Source: Allobaculum fili
GTDB taxonomy: Bacteria; Bacillota_I; Bacilli_A; Erysipelotrichales; Erysipelotrichaceae
Assembly (NCBI RefSeq): GCF_020969955.1
Contig: NZ_JAHDSX010000023.1
Coordinates: 6,748 to 38,747, forward strand
Direction: 5' to 3'
DNA length: 32,000 nucleotides
This document shows, one piece after another, positions 27,265 to 32,000 of this stretch (position 1 is its first letter; each line of letters opens with the position of its first letter). The notes below the pieces were generated by a model. That model saw only the letters and a list, made by a program, of their open reading frames with translations, ran no database searches and had not been told where the DNA came from. The position numbers were made by a program, and so were the translations under genes.

Positions 27265-27293
27265 TTGAAAAGAGAGGAGTGAGGTTTTATAAT
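27265..27293 (+). promoter_or_regulatory. Sigma-A type promoter of the tRNA-Arg pair
   Basis: TTGAAA (27265-27270), a 17-nt spacer, then TATAAT (27288-27293). The tRNA begins at 27304. Confidence 0.65.
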
Positions 27294-27303
27294 AGCTGTA
27301 CAT

Positions 27304-27379
27304 GTGCCCGTAGCTCAATGGATAGAGTAACAGATTCCGATTCTGGTGGTTGGAGGTTCGAGTCCTCTCGGGTGCGCCA
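27304..27379 (+). tRNA. tRNA-Arg (anticodon CCG)
   Basis: Hand-folded cloverleaf. Acceptor GTGCCCG/CGGGTGC (two G:U pairs), D arm GCTC-AATGGATA-GAGT, anticodon arm ACAGA-TTCCGAT-TCTGG, 5-nt variable loop, T arm GGAGG-TTCGAGT-CCTCT, encoded CCA. 76 nt. Confidence 0.85.
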
Positions 27380-27391
27380 TTAGAAAATTCG

Positions 27392-27417
27392 AGTCAGCGA
27401 AAGCTGACTTTCTCTTT
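27392..27417 (+). terminator. Hairpin with GAAA loop plus T-rich tail between the two tRNAs
   Basis: AGTCAGC-GAAA-GCTGACT followed by TTCTCTTT. Confidence 0.55.
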
Positions 27418-27442
27418 ATATGTCTGCTTTGCGATCTGCATT

Positions 27443-27519
27443 GTCCACGTAGCTCAGCTGGATAGAGCACACGCCTCCTAAGCGTGGGGTCGGAGGTTCA
27501 AATCCTCTCGTGGACGCCA
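27443..27519 (+). tRNA. tRNA-Arg (anticodon CCT)
   Basis: Acceptor GTCCACG/CGTGGAC is perfect. D arm GCTC-AGCTGGATA-GAGC, anticodon arm CACGC-CTCCTAA-GCGTG, T arm GGAGG-TTCAAAT-CCTCT, encoded CCA. 77 nt. Confidence 0.9.
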
Positions 27520-27528
27520 TCGCCAGTC

Positions 27529-27561
27529 CCGGAAGTCTGATCTCAGGCTTCCGCTTTTTTC
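27529..27561 (+). terminator. Intrinsic terminator after the tRNA pair
   Basis: CGGAAGTCTGA / TCAGGCTTCCG form a stem (one wobble), followed by CTTTTTTCTG. Confidence 0.75.
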
Positions 27562-28043
27562 TGTTTGGACGAACATCATAATTCGCCGCTTAGGCAAGGC
27601 ACCGAAAATGATTTTTACGGCCACTTTGAAAAGATAAATTCTTTCTCGGAAAGGTAAAATTTCACATTCTTTTGAGAATCGCCGGGAAGAATGAAAGTTT
27701 AAAAATATGATCGTGCAGTATAAACAAGTGAATAATTGCCCGAGCATTAAAAAAAGCCGCAGAGCGGCTTCTTTGTTCGTCCCGGAAGGGAGATTCTGGT
27801 GGAAATTTCAACCGGAACGAACATTTTGATAATAACAAATCAGGCTCAATTGTGGTAGTGGAATAAAAGCGAAGTTTGATAAAAAGACGAATACAATTAA
27901 AATAAGTCATCCAAATTAAAAATAAAGCTAGTAAACAGATGTTCGTGTGAATATTTTTTACGGGTTTTTAATCCTTAAATTATCGCTGGATTCGATACGG
28001 TACAATGAGAAAGAACAGATCTTTCGAAGAAAGGAACTCTTTT

Positions 28044-28841
28044 ATGATCAGTAAAGTACCTGTCCGAATCACTCCGCTCAACCGGCTTGGCTTTGTGGAT
28101 GTCTACCTTCCAGATGACTATTACCAGAGCGAGGAACGCTATCCCGTCCTCTATATGTTTGACGGTCAGAATCTCTTCTACGATGAACAGGCAACGTTTG
28201 GAACGTCCTGGAAACTGAAGGACTATCTCGATGCCGCGCAGCGCAAAGTCATTGTTGTGGGCATTGAATGCGATATCCGGGGACAGAACCGGCTTCACGA
28301 ATACACGCCGTATGCGCTTGCCCAGACGTTTTACGGGGAAACGGCAGGAAAGGGTGCCGTGCTGATGGAATGGATTATTCAGAAACTGAAACCTGAAATT
28401 GATTCCACCTATCGAACCTGGCCGCAAAGAGAAGCAACCGCGATCGCAGGCAGCTCCATGGGCGGCCTGATGGCTTTTTATGCGGTGATCCACCATAATG
28501 AAGTGTTTTCAAAAGCTGCATGCCTTTCCCCGTCCTTTGCGGTATGTGAAGAGGAGATTTCCAGAGAATACGAACAGACCGTTCTCGATCCAGATACCCG
28601 GATTTACTGGTCGTTTGGTTCCCAGGAGCTTTCGCCGAGGCAGAGAATGGAAGCACAGATGCTGCTGGATGAATACCGGAATTCTCTGATCGATCGCGGC
28701 GGACTGGGAAAAGTCGTGATCGCGGAGGACGGACGGCATGATGAAGCCTCATGGGGTGCTCAGAATGAAGCGGTTTTCCATTTCCTCTGGGATGAACCGG
28801 AAAATACATCCATCGCAGTCAATTCACTGACAGGAGTATGA
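28044..28841 (+). CDS. Alpha/beta-hydrolase of the 'putative esterase' type (esterase D / siderophore-esterase-like family)
   Basis: RBS AAAGGA lies 9 nt before the ATG at 28044 (the ORF track start at 28005 has no RBS). Carries YLPDDYYQSEERYPVLYMFDGQNLF and the nucleophile elbow AIAGSSMGGLMAF. Confidence 0.8.
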   Translation: MISKVPVRITPLNRLGFVDVYLPDDYYQSEERYPVLYMFDGQNLFYDEQATFGTSWKLKDYLDAAQRKVIVVGIECDIRGQNRLHEYTPYALAQTFYGETAGKGAVLMEWIIQKLKPEIDSTYRTWPQREATAIAGSSMGGLMAFYAVIHHNEVFSKAACLSPSFAVCEEEISREYEQTVLDPDTRIYWSFGSQELSPRQRMEAQMLLDEYRNSLIDRGGLGKVVIAEDGRHDEASWGAQNEAVFHFLWDEPENTSIAVNSLTGV

Positions 28842-28843
28842 AC

Positions 28844-29215
28844 ATGAATACCGATCTTGATATGATATCTTTTGGAATGATTGCGGATGCATCGGAATCC
28901 CGCTCTCTGGCTCTCGAAGCCGTTTCAGCAGCCAGAAAAGGGGACTACACCCGATGCGAAGAATGTCTGGCGAAAAGCCGCAAGGCGTATGACAAAGCCC
29001 ATCGGGCGCAGACGGATGTCCTTTTTGAGGAAATGAACGGAAAAACACGGCAGGTCAACGTCCTGCTGGTGCATTCCCAGGACCATCTGAGCTCGGCTTC
29101 GGTCGTTCTTGAACTTGCGGAACAGATGATCAGCCTGATTAAAACGCAGACCCGACTGGAAGAGCGTACGTCCAGACTCGAAAAACGTCTGAACGAACTT
29201 GAAGATCGGCATTGA
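28844..29215 (+). CDS. PTS lactose/cellobiose-family EIIA component
   Basis: AGGAG (28832-28836) lies 7 nt before the ATG at 28844 (an alternative ATG at 28838 overlaps the esterase stop as ATGA). Carries ISFGMIADASESRSLALEA.. and LLVHSQDHL (phospho-His region), plus a charged coiled C-terminal tail. Confidence 0.85.
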   Translation: MNTDLDMISFGMIADASESRSLALEAVSAARKGDYTRCEECLAKSRKAYDKAHRAQTDVLFEEMNGKTRQVNVLLVHSQDHLSSASVVLELAEQMISLIKTQTRLEERTSRLEKRLNELEDRH

Positions 29216-29308
29216 ATCCCTCTGCTTCAAAATCAGGCGGACTGCACGTCACCAAGCAGTCTGTCCAAAGCCAGATCCGCAAACCTGTAAAGGGAAAAAG
29301 GAGAGGAA

Positions 29309-29623
29309 ATGAGAATTGATCTAATTTGTTCCGGCGGACTTACCTCAAGCTGGATCGTCAAAAAAGTAGAGGAGTACATTTCGAGCCGGAAACTGCCGTA
29401 TGAACTGACTTCCCGCGGTCTGGGAGATTATTATCCGGTTTCCCGTCATGCGGACGCGGTTCTGCTTGGTCCGCAGATCGGCTACTACAAAGAGGAAGTG
29501 GAAAAACGTCTGGGCGTACCTGTAGGCGTCATTTCTTCCCGGGACTATGCGCTGGCTAACGCCAAGGAAATTCTCGCGCTGGCAGAAACCGTCGCCAAAG
29601 AGAAAAAGGCCCGCAAGGCCTGA
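29309..29623 (+). CDS. PTS lactose/cellobiose-family EIIB component
   Basis: RBS AAAAGGAGAGG upstream. MRIDLICSGGLTSSWIVKKV matches the C-x-x-G-x-(S/T)-(T/S)-S phospho-Cys loop of ChbB-type IIB. Length is 104 aa. Confidence 0.85.
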   Translation: MRIDLICSGGLTSSWIVKKVEEYISSRKLPYELTSRGLGDYYPVSRHADAVLLGPQIGYYKEEVEKRLGVPVGVISSRDYALANAKEILALAETVAKEKKARKA

Positions 29624-29672
29624 TGAAACCCATCCGCGTCGACAGCCGATCTGTCTGCGCAAACACGAATAA

Positions 29673-29715
29673 TGAAATGAATTCACGAAACCAGAAGGGG
29701 TGCTGTCGCACCTCT
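29673..29715 (+). terminator. Intrinsic terminator of the esterase-IIA-IIB unit
   Basis: AGGGGTGC / GCACCTCT form a stem (one wobble) with a TGTC loop, followed by TTTTTT. The outer TCACGAAA/TTTCGTGA arms extend it. Confidence 0.8.
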
Positions 29716-30184
29716 TTTTTCGTGAACGGGAGGAAGAAACGAATCGGATCCCAAGCGAAATTTTGCCGAATTGCTAAGAAGCCAGAAAAGAAAAGATAAC
29801 GAACGAAAGGAAACAGTCGTCAAAAACGTTTTCTGTGCAATAAATTATCCAAAACATGCGAAACATCATAAAAAGAGGACGATTGCAAGAAAACACCCCG
29901 TAAATTTACTGAAAAAATGTAAAAATAAGAGCGTTAGATTTGAGAGAATTTTCATAAATTGGGAAAATCCAAAATGGACCTTGGAAAACTCGACTGAGGC
30001 AGAGGACCCAAAATATAGATAAAGCAATCTATTCATAATAAAAATGATTGAAATCTGTTAAAGAAAACTTTAGAAAGTCCATTGAAAATCCTTGAAAATA
30101 AAAAGTACGATTTAGATAGTTTTCAATATATCCGTTCACTGCTCCAATCGACTGGACAGTCCAATGAGTAAGGAGGAAGCACAC

Positions 30185-30376
30185 ATGTCTAAAGAAGTCG
30201 AGAATTTACAGATGAAAGAACTTGGTGACGTAAAAGTACTTGTCGATGAGGATAAGATCCAGAAGACTCCGGCTGATCAGGATAGACGGTTCGGACAGCT
30301 TCTGGAAATGCTCTGGCGTCAGGATGAAGATCTTCAGAACGAGACTGAGAGCGAGCTCGAATCTACAACCCTCTAG
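30185..30376 (+). CDS. Small acidic hypothetical protein (63 aa)
   Basis: AAGGAGG lies 8 nt before the ATG at 30185. The sequence MSKEVENLQMKELGDVKVLVDEDKIQKTPADQDRRFGQLLEMLWRQDEDLQNETESELESTTL is followed by a strong terminator. No family was recognised. Confidence 0.55.
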   Translation: MSKEVENLQMKELGDVKVLVDEDKIQKTPADQDRRFGQLLEMLWRQDEDLQNETESELESTTL

Positions 30377-30424
30377 TCCAGAACTTCAAAGAATAAATAC
30401 AGCCCTGTTTGATCAGGCGCTTAA

Positions 30425-30450
30425 AAAAGGGATGCCGCTGCATCCCTTTT
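30425..30450. terminator. Bidirectional terminator between the small ORF and cutC
   Basis: AAAAGGGATGC-CGCT-GCATCCCTTTT is a perfect 11-bp stem that includes the A/T runs. Confidence 0.85.
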
Positions 30451-30490
30451 GCTTTGAAAAGACAGAGTGAATTCAGTGCATTCGAAAAGA

Positions 30491-31243
30491 TCAGATCGTA
30501 TCGCAGGCTTGGCGAAAGACGCGGATGACCTCCACACTGGCGCATGGATAATCCATCGCATGTTCGCCTGGATAGGCGGAATAGCTGACTTCGCCTCTCT
30601 GAGTCGTCGGGTCTCTTTTCCAGGATTTTGCGGAAGAATGGACCTGGTGTACTCCGCTTTGACGAAGGAAGTCTCCAACGTTTTCTGGATTGAGCCCAGC
30701 ACCGGCCAGGATCTGAATCTGATCACCATAGCGCTGCTGGATTTCCTTGAATACCAGAGCGCCTTTTGGTGCAGATGACTGTGTACCGCTGGTCAAAATG
30801 CGATCCACGTTCAGATCGATCAGTGTCTGAATGGCCTGGCTGTAGTCCGGAACGACATCGATCGCCCGATGAAAGACCGCCTCTTTGTCTGGATACGTGT
30901 GGATCAGCGTAACCATCTGCAGGGTCTGGTCCGGATCGATCGTTCCATCCGCCCGCAAAAAGCCAAAGGCAATTCCGTCGGCTCCAGAGTCCAGAAAGTC
31001 TCTGGCTTCCAGAAGCATGAGCGAAAATTCTTCGGGGCTGTAATGAAATCCCGCTTCACGGGGCCGAACCATGCAGATGATGGGAATGGAACACTGCGCT
31101 TTGGCTTCCTTGAGCACGCGCAGGGAAGGAGACAGACCGCCAAGAGCAAGCGCGCTGTTCAGCTCAATTCGATCCGCTCCGCCATTTTGCGCAGCCAGGC
31201 AGTCCGCGAGGGAGCCGGCACACACTTCAAATGTCGTTTTCAT
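30491..31243 (-). CDS. cutC: Copper homeostasis protein CutC family (TIM-barrel)
   Basis: FEVCAGSLADCLAAQNGGADRIELNSALALGGLSPS.. and ..ICMVRPR.G.F.YS..E are characteristic of the CutC N-terminus. Length is 250 aa. Confidence 0.85.
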   Translation of the reverse strand: MKTTFEVCAGSLADCLAAQNGGADRIELNSALALGGLSPSLRVLKEAKAQCSIPIICMVRPREAGFHYSPEEFSLMLLEARDFLDSGADGIAFGFLRADGTIDPDQTLQMVTLIHTYPDKEAVFHRAIDVVPDYSQAIQTLIDLNVDRILTSGTQSSAPKGALVFKEIQQRYGDQIQILAGAGLNPENVGDFLRQSGVHQVHSSAKSWKRDPTTQRGEVSYSAYPGEHAMDYPCASVEVIRVFRQACDTI

Positions 31244-31318
31244 AAAAGTTTCGGTTTCCTTTTCTTCTTTCTCTTCTTATATGTATGAAAATCGAATGTA
31301 TGGGAATCGAACGTTCTC

Positions 31319-31396
31319 GCTGCGGGCACGGCTCAAAACCGCAGAATGGAAATTCTGCATTTTGAGCGTCCGTCGCAGGAACGTTCTGCAATCTCC
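31319..31396 (+). other. 78-nt extended imperfect hairpin capped by a GGAA (GNRA) tetraloop and closed by two copies of the palindrome GAACGTTC
   Basis: GCAGAAT-GGAA-ATTCTGC (31351-31368), GCTCAAAA/TTTTGAGC (31341-48 / 31370-77), CTGCG/CGCAG (31330-34 / 31384-88) and GAACGTTC at 31319-26 and 31389-96. This gives roughly 30 paired positions by hand folding. Confidence 0.7.
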
Positions 31397-31468
31397 CTCC
31401 ATTTTAACAGCGGGGGTTAGAGCAGGGGCTGGAAAGAAGACGGGGCCTTTGGGAAAGGTAAGATCCGA

Positions 31469-31532
31469 ACTGGAATTTACCGTTTCAATTTCCGTATTTC
31501 CCCCAGGACTGGAATTTACTATTTCAATTTTC
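31469..31532 (+). repeat. Two 25-bp imperfect direct repeats (ACTGGAATTTAC-YR-TTTCAATTT-Y-C), 39-bp period
   Basis: 31469-31493 and 31508-31532 match at 22 of 25 positions. Confidence 0.85.
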
Positions 31533-31686
31533 TGAAGGCTCGCCGCGAGTGCTTTAATTTGACAGACTCCGTAAAGATGGAGTATCTTAACAAAGATGTT
31601 TGAAAGCAGACAGCCGCTGGAAGGACACAGTTAAACCTCTCGTAATCCCTAGATGTGAAAGTATTTTAAAAATTCACAAACAAGGC

Positions 31687-31715
31687 TTGCGGAGACGAAA
31701 AGGCCGTGGTATTCT
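31687..31715 (+). promoter_or_regulatory. Candidate rRNA operon promoter P1
   Basis: TTGCGG (31687-92), a 17-nt spacer, then an extended -10 TGgTATTCT (31707-15). It is preceded by an A/T-rich AAAAATTCACAAA element that also occurs before P2. Confidence 0.45.
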
Positions 31716-31817
31716 AAGTGAGCGTTAAGGGAATCACTTCCACGACGCGTCAAATCACCTTTAGATATCGAAGAAAGCAACTTAAGTGAAATCATTAAAG
31801 AAATTCACAAATAGTTG

Positions 31818-31846
31818 TTGACAGAGATTTCTGACGATGATATGAT
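31818..31846 (+). promoter_or_regulatory. Candidate rRNA operon promoter P2 (consensus-like)
   Basis: TTGACA (31818-23), a 17-nt spacer, then TATGAT (31841-46), with AAGAAATTCACAAA upstream. Confidence 0.7.
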
Positions 31847-31889
31847 AAACAAGCCTTGTGAGAGACATTGAGTTTCTCACAAACAGATG

Positions 31890-31902
31890 GCTCTTTGAAA
31901 AC
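31890..31902 (+). promoter_or_regulatory. boxA-like antitermination element of an rRNA leader
   Basis: GCTCTTTGAAAAC matches the GCTCTTT(A/G)A.AA boxA core found in rRNA leaders. It is preceded by the hairpin GTGAGAGA..TTTCTCAC. Confidence 0.6.
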
Positions 31903-32000
31903 TTTACAGACAGATCAAGAAATTCGAAATACACAACGTCGATTCTTAAAATCACAATAAGTACTCGAACAATCATTTATTCACGAAACATAAACGCATA

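Noticed and set aside
29771-30022. An 83-aa ORF in the AT-rich region after the PTS IIB gene.
   Set aside because: It has a non-ATG start and no RBS. Its lysine-rich composition reflects the AT-rich DNA, and it sits directly after a strong terminator.
30073-30082. GAAAGTCCAT, identical to part of the conserved GGAAAGTCCATGC core of Firmicutes RNase P RNA.
   Set aside because: The surrounding 400 nt are AT-rich and lack the GC-rich helices and other conserved RNase P blocks. A 10-mer coincidence is expected in 64 kb of two-strand sequence.
27520-30460. An integrated mobile element at the tRNA-Arg genes.
   Set aside because: There is no integrase, recombinase or transposase, and I could not find a direct repeat of either tRNA 3' end downstream. 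Only the AT-rich flanks are suggestive.

Overview
This window looks like a largely housekeeping chromosomal segment of a Firmicutes-type genome. Supporting signs are mid-range GC by eye, GGAGG-type ribosome-binding sites, secA-prfB synteny and a Firmicutes-style rRNA leader at the right edge.

I can support 27 protein-coding genes, one frameshifted pseudogene, two tandem tRNA-Arg genes (anticodons CCG and CCT), many intrinsic terminators, and the tandem promoters plus boxA of an rRNA operon whose 16S gene lies beyond base 32000. The coding genes are:
- the leuB 3' end and an NfeD-SPFH pair
- two secreted proteins built from YRLYNPN..G.HHYT repeat modules
- a LOG-family protein, and a small alarmone synthetase that overlaps yaaA
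- a CN-hydrolase translationally coupled to a Cof-type HAD phosphatase
- an uncharacterised 281-aa protein, mutY, a second Cof-type HAD and luxS
- secA, prfB (with its programmed +1 frameshift) and cysK
- a hyper-acidic protein and a DUF308/HdeD-like membrane protein
- a DJ-1/PfpI plus GSP-synthase-like ATP-grasp pair, and a patatin-like lipase
- an esterase followed by orphan PTS IIA and IIB genes
- a 63-aa acidic ORF and cutC

The pseudogene is a FucO-like iron alcohol dehydrogenase.

I see no transposase, integrase, CRISPR array, restriction-modification genes or recognisable defence genes, and no convincing multi-gene novel system. The least explained parts are:
- a 1.3-kb ORF-poor, purine-skewed spacer (2554-3889) with a 21-bp tandem repeat, whose 13-mer recurs in the long leader of the paralogous secreted-protein gene
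- the DJ-1 + ATP-grasp two-gene unit
- the AT-rich-flanked esterase/IIA/IIB module next to the tRNA genes
- a 78-nt GNRA-capped hairpin and 25-bp direct repeats between cutC and the rRNA promoters

All family assignments come from motifs read by eye in the supplied translations. No database search was run.
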